IMG/VR virus record: IMGVR_UViG_3300037478_000874
Coordinates: 1-44,304 of that record
Strand: one strand, 5' to 3'
DNA length: 44,304 nucleotides
Origin: a virus
Lineage: Duplodnaviria > Caudoviricetes
The notes beneath the pieces were generated by a model. That model was given only the letters and a program-made list of their open reading frames with translations, was not told where the DNA came from and searched no databases. Positions 35,459 to 44,295 of this stretch are shown piece after piece. The translations under genes were made by a program, and so were the position numbers. Numbering within the stretch: the stretch's first letter is position 1; each line of letters opens with the position of its first letter.

Positions 35459-35893
35459 CTACTCCGCCTTGAGCTCGGTCTCGGCCGCGAGGCCGGCGGC
35501 GAGCGCGGCCGCGATCTCGTCGATCGCCTGGTCCTTGGAGCGCACCGGGTCGGCGGCGAAGCGCGCGGCGATCGGCTGCAGCTCGGCGAACTTGAGCGCA
35601 CGCCAGTCCTGCGGCAGGAGGACCGGACGGGGCTCGAGCGACGTCACCACCAGCTCGACCCCGATGCGCAGCCCGGGAAAGGCGCGCTTGGGGTCGCCGT
35701 CGAAGCCGAAGATCTCGCCCTCTTTGAACTGCGTCGAGTCGCCGGCGTCCTTGAAGCGCCAGAGGTTCGCCGTGGCATCGATCTCCGCCAGCTTGTGGCG
35801 GCGGCGCTGCACCTGGTCGGGCAGCAGCTTGAGCGCGACGGTATGGGCGGCCAGCACGGTGATCGGGCCGTGGGCAACGGACAGGATGTGCAT
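35459..35893 (-). CDS. Hypothetical head-associated protein
   Basis: AAGGAG RBS, MHILSVAHG...QFKEGEIFG; follows the capsid gene. Confidence 0.65.
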   Translation of the reverse strand: MHILSVAHGPITVLAAHTVALKLLPDQVQRRRHKLAEIDATANLWRFKDAGDSTQFKEGEIFGFDGDPKRAFPGLRIGVELVVTSLEPRPVLLPQDWRALKFAELQPIAARFAADPVRSKDQAIDEIAAALAAGLAAETELKAE

Positions 35894-36087
35894 GATGTAC
35901 TCCTTCGGGGAGATGGGGATGGGGATGGGGATCGAGGCACCGTCCCCGGGCTTGACCCGGGGATCAGCGAGCCAGGCCGGCGCCCGCGAGGTTGGCGAGC
36001 CAGGCAAACAAGAAACAGCGCGCGGGCGAACTGTGAGAACTCCCGCGCGCTGCCCCCCGAAGGCCCGGTCGTAACCGGGATGGCGTC

Positions 36088-37077
36088 CTAGCCGAGCGTC
36101 ACCAGGGTGGCGTGCTGCCACAGGCCGTAGCCGACGTTGCGCAGCGCGTCCACGGTGTAGAGGTGCTCGCGGTTGAGGATGGCGTGCTCGGAGCCCTCGC
36201 CGATCACCGCCATCATGACGTCCTGCTCGGACTGGCGGATGAACGGCTTGACGTTGCCGTCGGCGCGGATGATGGCGAACTGGCCCTGCTCCGGCGAGCC
36301 GGTGAGGCCCCACACCGAGTCGAGGCGTGCGTTGTGCACGACGTCGATCGAGATGCCCTGCGAGCTTGACAGCGCCGGGATCACGTTCGACACGCCCTGC
36401 GACAGGTTCGGCAGCGCGACGGCGGCGATCGCCGCCGGCCACAGGAGCGTCGGCACCATGCACACGAAGCGCCGCGCGTTGGCGTTCATCGGCTCGCCCT
36501 TGTCGTCCTTGAAGCCGAACATCTGGCGGATGCCGTACAGGATGGCATACATCATCTGGTCGGGGCTGGGCTCGTGGGAGTCGCCCTTGTCGGGACCGGG
36601 CACCACCGGCAGGCCCGACAGCGTGACGGCGAGATCGTTGGACTGGGTGCCGGACGAGCCCTCCGAGTGGTCGGTGTCGAAGAAGAACTCGCCGTCGTAG
36701 CACGTGGTCGACTCGCCGTTGGTCAGCAGGGTCGACAGCAGCTTCGCCCAGTGGTCCTGGGTGGCGTCCGCCATCTCGCGGATGCGCACCAGGAGCTGTC
36801 CGGTCTTGTCGCGGCGCAGGTCGTCGACCAGCACCTTCAAGGTCGCCTCGTAGAGCTTGTTGCGGATGGTCAGGGTGTTCTCGCGGAACCCCTCGGCCTG
36901 GCGGCCGCCGATCCATTCGCGCATGCGCGGCGACATGCCGAGCCAGTTGTAGGTCTCGGACTCCTGGTCCGAGGTGAACAGCATGGACACCTGGTCGACC
37001 CAGGCGCTGGAAGCGAGCTCGAGGCGGTGGAAATACTCGCCGATGATCGCGCGCGAGCTCAACGATTGCGCACCCAT
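36088..37077 (-). CDS. Major capsid protein (Mu gpT-like)
   Basis: ETYNWLGMSPRMREWIGGR, TIRNKLYEATL, CYDGEFFFDTDH, KPFIRQ, NVGYGLWQ. Confidence 0.9.
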   Translation of the reverse strand: MGAQSLSSRAIIGEYFHRLELASSAWVDQVSMLFTSDQESETYNWLGMSPRMREWIGGRQAEGFRENTLTIRNKLYEATLKVLVDDLRRDKTGQLLVRIREMADATQDHWAKLLSTLLTNGESTTCYDGEFFFDTDHSEGSSGTQSNDLAVTLSGLPVVPGPDKGDSHEPSPDQMMYAILYGIRQMFGFKDDKGEPMNANARRFVCMVPTLLWPAAIAAVALPNLSQGVSNVIPALSSSQGISIDVVHNARLDSVWGLTGSPEQGQFAIIRADGNVKPFIRQSEQDVMMAVIGEGSEHAILNREHLYTVDALRNVGYGLWQHATLVTLG

Positions 37078-37215
37078 AGGGGGGCTCCTTTCGTGATGTG
37101 GGAAAGCGCGGGCTCACGCCCGCGCGGAAATTGGTGGAAACGCTCTTACGCGCGGAACGCGCGTACAGGGCTGCCGGCGAGGGTTGGTGTGGCGGCTCGC
37201 CGGCAGCCCTGGCTA

Positions 37216-38133
37216 TTACGTGAAGGTGATGGCGTCGCTGACGACGAGGCGGCCGTCCGGCATGATCAGCACGAGATAGACGGTTTCGGCGCCGGTCGCG
37301 ACCTTGGTCAAGGTCAGATCGATGTCGCCGTCGGCCTCGCTGACCGCGATGCCGGCCGAGTTGGCCAGCGTCTCGATCAGCAGGCCGTCGGTGCCGACCG
37401 CCACGGTGACGTCGGTGCCGCCGGCCGGCGGGCCCTGGGTGTCGCCGTTGACGTTGTCGGAGATGTAGACCTTGACGGCGCGGCGCTCGGCCAGGACCTG
37501 GCCGGTCAGGTACTTGAGCTGGGCGACGACCGCGATGCCGTTGCCGGACTGCGCAGCGATGGTGAACGACGCGGTGAGCGGCGTCTGGGCGAGGCCGGAT
37601 TGCGACGCATCGAAGGCGACCACCAGCTTGGTGGCCGTCGAGTCGTAGCGCTTCACGAAGCCGATGAAGGTGTTGCCGGCGGCGGTGAAGGTGAAGGCGT
37701 TGTCGTCGGACGCGTAGACGGCGCGGCCGTGGTCGGTGAGCGCCGCCGACGACACGGTGAGCAGCACCTCGCCGCGGGTGATCACCTCAATCTCGAGATC
37801 GCCCGCCGCGCCGGCGGCGGCCAGCGGGCCGGACAGCGTGTTGTCGCATTTCGCCTTGGCGAAGCCCAGGAACTTGTCGCCGGCGACCAGCGGCCGGCCG
37901 TAGCCGGACGCGTTGTCGCCGACGGCGGCGCCCTCGTAGACGATGTCGTCGGCGACGATCGGGTGGCGCGACGTGTCGCCGAGCTCGTAGACCCGCGCGC
38001 TGTTGGCGGACAGCGTGGTGAGCGGGAAGGCCGCGAGCGGCACCAAAGCCGCGGCGGTGTCGGGGAACAGCTGGAACAGGAGCGCGACGGTCGCGGCGAT
38101 CGCGAGCGGCAGCGCATAACGGTGGAGTTTCAT
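37216..38133 (-). CDS. Head decoration/cement-like protein with hydrophobic N-terminal extension
   Basis: DDIVYEGAAVG...GRPLVAGDKFLGFA...GRAVYASDDNAFT, located between protease and capsid. Confidence 0.7.
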   Translation of the reverse strand: MKLHRYALPLAIAATVALLFQLFPDTAAALVPLAAFPLTTLSANSARVYELGDTSRHPIVADDIVYEGAAVGDNASGYGRPLVAGDKFLGFAKAKCDNTLSGPLAAAGAAGDLEIEVITRGEVLLTVSSAALTDHGRAVYASDDNAFTFTAAGNTFIGFVKRYDSTATKLVVAFDASQSGLAQTPLTASFTIAAQSGNGIAVVAQLKYLTGQVLAERRAVKVYISDNVNGDTQGPPAGGTDVTVAVGTDGLLIETLANSAGIAVSEADGDIDLTLTKVATGAETVYLVLIMPDGRLVVSDAITFT

Positions 38134-38283
38134 TGCGATGACCTTTCTTAACTCGTCATGCCCCGGCTTGTCCGGGGCATCTCTGCGCGCCGGAGAGGGC
38201 GCGGGTGACGAATGATGGGGTGATGGCGGGACCTCAGACGCGCGCTTGGCCGACCCCGCCAATCCCCAAGCGCGCTGCGTATG

Positions 38284-39648
38284 CTACGCCGCCCTTTTCG
38301 GCTCCGGGCGGGTCAGCATGCGCACGCGGCCGTCCTCGGTCGCCTTGAGATAGGCGGCGTGGCGCGCGGCCAGCGTCTCGACCGGCTCGTGGGCGGCGAA
38401 CGCGTACTCGGCCCTGAGCTCGGGCGAGGTGCGCACCTCGGCCAGCGCGCGCTCGGGCAGCGGCAGGTTGGCGAAGCTCTGGAGCTGGCGGTCGAGCGAC
38501 GGATCGAGGGCGCGCCCGAGCTCGGTCATGCCCTCCAGGGTCTCCCGGCCCGGCCGGACGGCCGCCTCGGCGTCGATGACGCGTGCGCGCGCCTGGTCGA
38601 GCGAGGTGCCGTCGCCGATCATGGTGTCGATCAGCGCGGCGTGGCCGGGCATCTTGGTCTTGAGCGCAAGCAGGCCCTGCACGCGGGCGCGCTCCGCCGA
38701 AGTCGCCGTCTGTTGGGCCTCGGCGGCGATCGCCGCGGCGTCCGGCGCGGGCGCCGGGTGGGTGATGGTGTCCATGTGGGTGGTTTCCTCTGCGGAAAGT
38801 TGATGATGAGAAGCGGATGGGGTGGCGAGCCCGGCCAGAACGGACTCCAGCGTGCCGACCTCGTCGGCCATCAGCCGGTCGACCGCCTGGCGGCCGACGA
38901 CGATGCCGCCCTGGCCGAAGCCCGAGCGGACGGCCTCGACGCCGACGCCGCGGTTGGCGGCGACCGCGCCGATGAACAGGGTTTCGAGCGCGTCGAGCGT
39001 GCGCCGGATTTCGTCGACGCCTTCCTCGGCGCTGGGATCCGGACGCTTATTGGGCGCGTTCGACGACACGATCTCGAACGTCATCTCGCCGTGCTGGTCG
39101 GGGGCGACCTGCTTAGACCACGCCGACACGACGCCGATCGATCCGACCAGCGCCGACTGCGACACGACGATGCGGCCGGCGGCCGACGCGATCCAGTAGG
39201 CCGCCGAGCAGCCGAGGCCGGAGATCACCGCGGTCACCGGCTTGTCGGACGCCGCGATCAGGTCGGCCGCGTCGGCGATGCCGGTGGCGACGCCGCCCGG
39301 GCTGTCGATGTCGAGCACGATGTGGGCGACCGACGGGTCGTCGTGCGCGCGCGCGAAGTCGTCGGTGAAGAATTCGAGCGACGTGGCGCCCGACATCTGG
39401 GTCATCAGGTTGGCGTGCGGGAAAATCGGCCCGGCCAACGCGATCACCGCGGTGTCGCCGACGAGGTTCGCGTAGTGGGTGCCCTTCATCGACTGGCCGC
39501 GCGCGGCGGTGCGGAGCGCGGCATCCGGCGCGTGAAAGGCGCGCGTGTCGACGCCGGCGGAGCGGCGCTGGGCGATGGCGATGATGCCCCGCAGCGCGTC
39601 CGGGGTGATCGCCCAGCGGGCGCCGCAGATGGCGGAAAGAATATTCAT
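38284..39648 (-). CDS. S49 head maturation protease plus scaffold
   Basis: LDIDSPGG, CSAAYWIAS, VGSIGV. Confidence 0.9.
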   Translation of the reverse strand: MNILSAICGARWAITPDALRGIIAIAQRRSAGVDTRAFHAPDAALRTAARGQSMKGTHYANLVGDTAVIALAGPIFPHANLMTQMSGATSLEFFTDDFARAHDDPSVAHIVLDIDSPGGVATGIADAADLIAASDKPVTAVISGLGCSAAYWIASAAGRIVVSQSALVGSIGVVSAWSKQVAPDQHGEMTFEIVSSNAPNKRPDPSAEEGVDEIRRTLDALETLFIGAVAANRGVGVEAVRSGFGQGGIVVGRQAVDRLMADEVGTLESVLAGLATPSASHHQLSAEETTHMDTITHPAPAPDAAAIAAEAQQTATSAERARVQGLLALKTKMPGHAALIDTMIGDGTSLDQARARVIDAEAAVRPGRETLEGMTELGRALDPSLDRQLQSFANLPLPERALAEVRTSPELRAEYAFAAHEPVETLAARHAAYLKATEDGRVRMLTRPEPKRAA

Positions 39649-39672
39649 GCGTAACTCCTTTGGCTGGCGCGC

Positions 39673-41334
39673 TTACCGCGCAGGCGCCGTTTCCTCGCGC
39701 TCGCGGCGATCGGCGTCGTCGGGCGCATCGGGTTCATCGGGTGGGGAAATCTGTTTGGCTGGCTCGCCAACCTCGCGGGCGCCAAGGGCGGGCGCGATGC
39801 CCTGCGCCTCCATGCGGCGCTGTTCGGACGCCAGCTGGTCGGCGGTGTCCTCCCAGTCCTCGCCGGTGAGCTCGGCGGTCTCGCGCTCGCGGGTGGAGAG
39901 CCGCGCCTCGATGCGCTTGGCGGCGGCGTCGACCTCTTTGAGCGGGTCGATCTGGCCCATCGCGGGCCCGATCCACTGCGCGCCCGACCACGCGAGCCGC
40001 ATCAGCGGGTCTTCCAGGAAGCCGGGCGCCGCCAGGAAGCCGCGGGCGACCGCTTCGGACAGCACGTCGACGTAGACGTCCTGGCACAGCTCCTCGGCCA
40101 GCCAGGCGCGCTGGCGGTTGTAGTATTTCCACGCCGCCAGCAGCGCGGCGCGCGACGCGGAGTACGACGCGGTGAAATGCAGCCAGATGACCTCGACCGG
40201 CTGCTCGAGCACGGCCGCGACCTGGCGCGAGATCGCCATCACGAACTGGTCGAAGCCGCCGTTCGGCCGGCCGGGCGCCGCGACCGAGATGTCGTCGCCG
40301 GGCGCCAGCTTGGCGATCATGCCGTTGCCGAGGGTCAGCTCGTCGTAGCCGGTGTCGGTGTCGCTGTCGCCGGCCTGGCCGGAGCCGGGCGCCAGGCCGG
40401 CGCCGGAGTCGGACTTGACGAACACCGCGAACATCGCGCCGACCACGGCGGCGGCGCGCTCGGCCTCGGTGTAGCGGTCGAGCTCCTTCAAGCTCTCGAT
40501 CACCGGGGCGAGGTAGGGCACGCCGCGCGGCAGGCCGGGACGGGTCTTGTCGAACAGGTGAATGACGGCGCGCCGGCCGTCGCGGCCGAACGCGGCGATG
40601 CGGTCGGATTCGCGCGACTTGGCGAGCCCGGTGTCGCCCGGATGGCTGCGCAGCACGTGGAAGGCGACCGGCGCGCCGTGCGCGTCGCGCTCGACCCCGC
40701 CGGACACCGTGTTGCCGTTGTCGAGCGCCGCGCCGTCGGCCTTGAAGCCGGGGTTGGCGACCCGGTCGGCCTCGACCGCCTGCAGGCAGTAGGCGAAGCG
40801 CGTGTTGCGCGCCCCGCGCAGCGCCGGCTCGAAGCGCTTGACGAAGAAGATGTCGCCGGATTCGAGCTTGCCGCGGAGCGCCAGCGATTGCAGGTCCTTG
40901 AAGCGCTGCTGGCGCGTGATGTCGCACGTGAGCGCGCCCGCCCATTCGTTCCACACCGCGCGGGCCTGCAGCTCCCATTCGTCGGCGGCCGCGTCGGTGA
41001 GCCCGAGCAGCTTGCGGTTGACCCGGGGCTGCAGCCGCAGCCCGGGCCCGACGACGGCGGTGACGGCGCGGTTGAGCGCCGCGCCGGCCAACGGCGCGTT
41101 GCGCGCGAGATCGCGCGAGCGCTCGCGCAAGGTGGCGAGGTCCGGCAAGGTGTCGGCCTCGGCCGAGCCGCCGCCCGGCAGCCAGTTCTTGGTCCCCCGG
41201 CGGTCGCGCCGCCCGCCGGTGTGGCCGCCGGTGATCATCTCGAAGCGCACGCGGTCCTGCATGTGGCGCAGCGCGCGCGCCGGCGCGACCAGCGCGATGC
41301 CCCGCTCGATGAGAGTCGGCTTGATCGGTTTCAT
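39673..41334 (-). CDS. Portal protein, lambda family
   Basis: LRERSRDLARN, VEADR, RPGLPRGVP, SYSASRAAL, IDPLKE. Confidence 0.95.
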   Translation of the reverse strand: MKPIKPTLIERGIALVAPARALRHMQDRVRFEMITGGHTGGRRDRRGTKNWLPGGGSAEADTLPDLATLRERSRDLARNAPLAGAALNRAVTAVVGPGLRLQPRVNRKLLGLTDAAADEWELQARAVWNEWAGALTCDITRQQRFKDLQSLALRGKLESGDIFFVKRFEPALRGARNTRFAYCLQAVEADRVANPGFKADGAALDNGNTVSGGVERDAHGAPVAFHVLRSHPGDTGLAKSRESDRIAAFGRDGRRAVIHLFDKTRPGLPRGVPYLAPVIESLKELDRYTEAERAAAVVGAMFAVFVKSDSGAGLAPGSGQAGDSDTDTGYDELTLGNGMIAKLAPGDDISVAAPGRPNGGFDQFVMAISRQVAAVLEQPVEVIWLHFTASYSASRAALLAAWKYYNRQRAWLAEELCQDVYVDVLSEAVARGFLAAPGFLEDPLMRLAWSGAQWIGPAMGQIDPLKEVDAAAKRIEARLSTRERETAELTGEDWEDTADQLASEQRRMEAQGIAPALGAREVGEPAKQISPPDEPDAPDDADRREREETAPAR

Positions 41335-41380
41335 TGAGGCCCTATGTCGTCATGGCCGGGCCTGACCCGGCCATCCATCT

Positions 41381-41608
41381 TTAGGACGGCACGCCCAGCT
41401 GGATGCCGATGCCGCCGCCCGAATTGTTGGTCAGCCGCTTGACCAGCTGATCGTAGTGCTTCTCCAGCGCCATCAGGTCGGCGAGATCGCCGCGCCGGAA
41501 GGTGCGGTTGCCGATGGTGTACTCCTGGCCGCGCGTGGCGACCGCGTCGATCGCCGCAAGCACGTTGTCGAGGTGCGTCTGCGCCTGCGCGAGGGTCAAT
41601 CCGGCCAT
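41381..41608 (-). CDS. gpW-like head-tail joining protein
   Basis: GQEYTIGNRTFRRGDL, 75 aa, between terminase and portal. Confidence 0.8.
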   Translation of the reverse strand: MAGLTLAQAQTHLDNVLAAIDAVATRGQEYTIGNRTFRRGDLADLMALEKHYDQLVKRLTNNSGGGIGIQLGVPS

Positions 41609-41610
41609 CG

Positions 41611-43680
41611 TCACACTCCCTTGTTGAGCACCCGCACCGCGGCGCGCTTGCGCGGCTGTGCCGGCGCCTGCGGCGCGGCGGCGGCGTTCGCCGGATCGGT
41701 GCGAACGGCGTTCGCGGCGATGCCGCGGCGCCGCGGCTTCGCCCACACCGGCGGGTTGGCCCAGTCGATGCGCGGGCCGGTGCGCAGCCTGAGCGCGGCG
41801 GCCTTGTCGTAGACCATGAGGTCCCAGGTCTCGTTGCGGCCGGTGCGCACCCAGATGTGGCTGCCGGCGGGCCCCTGCTTCTCCTCGCCCAGGATCTCGT
41901 CGAAATGCTGCTCGTCCATGTCTTCGGACAGGTGCACGAAGCCGGCGCCGGGCTCGGCGGTGTGCAGGCACACGTCGAGCGCGTCCTTGATCGCGTGCAC
42001 GCCGATCACGTTGATGGCGACGGCGTCCTTGCGGCGCTTGCCGTTGTCGTCCGTCTCGAGCTTCGGGCGGCCCAGCATCGGCGCGGTCGGCAGGTTGGCG
42101 CCCTTGACCAGCATCACCGACCAGGCCGGCAGGCGCAGCCCGTGGATCAGCTTGCGCGCGAAGTTGCGCGCCCGCTCGTCGACGCCGGCGAGGCCGCCGA
42201 TGTCGATGGCGGTGCAGGCGACCGGCAGCTCCATCGCCGGGTCGTCGGCCAGCGGGTAGCCGAGCCCGAGCGTGCGGCCGCCGACGGCGCGGCCGATCAG
42301 AGAGTCCCAGTGCGCGAGCTCCTTGTGCGGGCGGATCGCGGTGCGGCCGTCGGCCATGGCGAGCAGGTCGAAGCGGTCGATCAGCCACATCTCGTCGTCG
42401 TCGCCCCAGCCCATCACCGCGACGGCGAAGCGGTTGCCCTGGACGTCGACGGCGGCCGTGAGGAAGCGCGCGCCGGCGGGCACGAGGCCGAGCGGGAAGT
42501 CCTCGGCGCGGCTCATCAGCTCGTTCTTGGAGACCTTGCCCTCGCCCTCGGCGCGCGAGCGGTAGTTGACGCCGATCTTGGTGTTGAAGAAGGTGCGGAG
42601 CGAGGTCTCGTCCTGGCGCTGCTCGAAGGCGATCTCGGCGGTGCGGCATTCGCGCGCCAGCAGCTGCCACGAGTTGAAGCCCATCAGGCCGTTGACCCGA
42701 AACGACGCGATGTGGGTGCGCTTGAGATCGCCGGCCACCTGGCCGGTCGCGCGGTCGATCGACTGGCCGGCCCCGACGTAGATGCCGGCGGCGTTCATCC
42801 GGGCCTTGTGGCGGTAATCGAGCACACAGCCGTGGGTCGGGCACACCAGGTGCGCGCTCGACGCGGCGTCCTCCGGCGAGCGGGTGCGCTCGAACTTGAG
42901 GTCGCGGTCGAAGTCCGGCGCGAAGAAGTCGCCGCACTGGGCGCACGGCCAATGGTAGGCTTCGTCGGTGCCGGTCTCGGCCAGGTGCTCGATGTCGCAG
43001 AAGCCGCGCTTGCGCGCCGGGCTCGACATCACGAGGCCGCGCCAGCTGCGCTCGTGCGCCGTGGTGCGGCCGCCGAGCAGGAAGATCGGGTCGCCCTCGC
43101 CCTCGATGTCGGCGGGCACCGCGTCGTAGTCGTCGATCACCCAGCGCGGCGCCGTGCGCATGCGGAAGTTGGACGCCACCGGCCAGATGAAGTTGATCCA
43201 CATGTCGCCCAGGAATTCCTTGGAGAAGATGTTGTCGGCCGAGCCACCGCGCAGCTGGCGCGCGCGCACGGCGTCGGAGTTGCGGATCAGCGGGTTGACC
43301 TTCTGGGTGACGTAGTCCTGCAGCAGCTTCTTGTCGGGGCCGACCCACAGGATCGGGCCCTGGTCGACGACGACGCACGACACCAGCCAGTTCTCGCCGA
43401 GCGAGCTTTTGCCGGACTGCGCCGGGCCCATCAGCACCACCATGCGGTAGCGCCGGTCGGTGAGGGCGAGCATCGGGCGCACCAGGTAGGGCGTCGCGTC
43501 GTCGGTCCACGGGCCGCGGTAGCCTTCGATGCCGTTGGCGACGAAGCGGTGGCGCAGCGCCGCCTGGTGGACGTCGAGGCGCTCGGGCGGAATCAGCGCG
43601 TGGGCGGCGCGCGCGATCAGGCCGTCCGGCGGCACGAAGCCGCGCGGGATCTCGGTGCTAGGCCGCCAGGGCTGCGACAT
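41611..43680 (-). CDS. Terminase large subunit (GpA family)
   Basis: GPAQSGKS Walker A, IDDYD, CAQC/CPTHG, TAAVDVQ, RNETWD. Confidence 0.95.
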   Translation of the reverse strand: MSQPWRPSTEIPRGFVPPDGLIARAAHALIPPERLDVHQAALRHRFVANGIEGYRGPWTDDATPYLVRPMLALTDRRYRMVVLMGPAQSGKSSLGENWLVSCVVVDQGPILWVGPDKKLLQDYVTQKVNPLIRNSDAVRARQLRGGSADNIFSKEFLGDMWINFIWPVASNFRMRTAPRWVIDDYDAVPADIEGEGDPIFLLGGRTTAHERSWRGLVMSSPARKRGFCDIEHLAETGTDEAYHWPCAQCGDFFAPDFDRDLKFERTRSPEDAASSAHLVCPTHGCVLDYRHKARMNAAGIYVGAGQSIDRATGQVAGDLKRTHIASFRVNGLMGFNSWQLLARECRTAEIAFEQRQDETSLRTFFNTKIGVNYRSRAEGEGKVSKNELMSRAEDFPLGLVPAGARFLTAAVDVQGNRFAVAVMGWGDDDEMWLIDRFDLLAMADGRTAIRPHKELAHWDSLIGRAVGGRTLGLGYPLADDPAMELPVACTAIDIGGLAGVDERARNFARKLIHGLRLPAWSVMLVKGANLPTAPMLGRPKLETDDNGKRRKDAVAINVIGVHAIKDALDVCLHTAEPGAGFVHLSEDMDEQHFDEILGEEKQGPAGSHIWVRTGRNETWDLMVYDKAAALRLRTGPRIDWANPPVWAKPRRRGIAANAVRTDPANAAAAPQAPAQPRKRAAVRVLNKGV

Positions 43681-44227
43681 CGGCCGCCTCCGCCCTCGGT
43701 TCCATCCGCGACATGCGGCGCGCGGCCGCCTTGAGCGCCGCCTCGAGCTGCTCGGCGATCAGCGCCTCGGCGGCCGGGTCGAGGTTGAGCGCGGTTGCCG
43801 CCTTCGCCGGCACCGCCATGATGCCGTTGCGCAGCACGGTGAAGGCGTCCGCCAGCCGCTCGTACATCGTGGCCGCCTCGACGAGCTCGCCGCGCTGCTT
43901 CGCGAGCTGGCCGGCCTTGAGCTCGGCGTCGATCGCGTCGCGCTGCTCCTTCGGGGTGAGCCCGGCGAGATCCGCGTTGAGCGTCAGGCCGCCGACCAGC
44001 TCGAGCCGCATCTGCTCGACCGCCGCCTCGGCCTCGCGGGCCTCCTGGACCTTGCGTTCCGCGCGCGCGCGCATGAAGTGCGTCACCGCGGAGGGGTCGA
44101 ACTCCCACGCCTCGCCTTCGCCGCCGTCCTTGACGACCGGAAAGTCGGGCTCGCGCACCAGCTTGCGCGCCGTCGGCAGCGACATCTCCAGGCCGCGCGC
44201 CAGCTGCTCGAGGTTGATCGTGGCCAT
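43658..44227 (-). CDS. Terminase small subunit (Nu1-like)
   Basis: N-terminal wHTH INLEQLARGLEMSLPT...WEFD and KQRGELV coiled coil. Confidence 0.85.
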   Translation of the reverse strand: MATINLEQLARGLEMSLPTARKLVREPDFPVVKDGGEGEAWEFDPSAVTHFMRARAERKVQEAREAEAAVEQMRLELVGGLTLNADLAGLTPKEQRDAIDAELKAGQLAKQRGELVEAATMYERLADAFTVLRNGIMAVPAKAATALNLDPAAEALIAEQLEAALKAAARRMSRMEPRAEAADVAALAA

Positions 44228-44295
44228 GATGGGGGCTCAACAGAAAGGGAAACAGAAACCGATTCGGCGAACCGGCAAAGCACGCCTCAGCCGCG

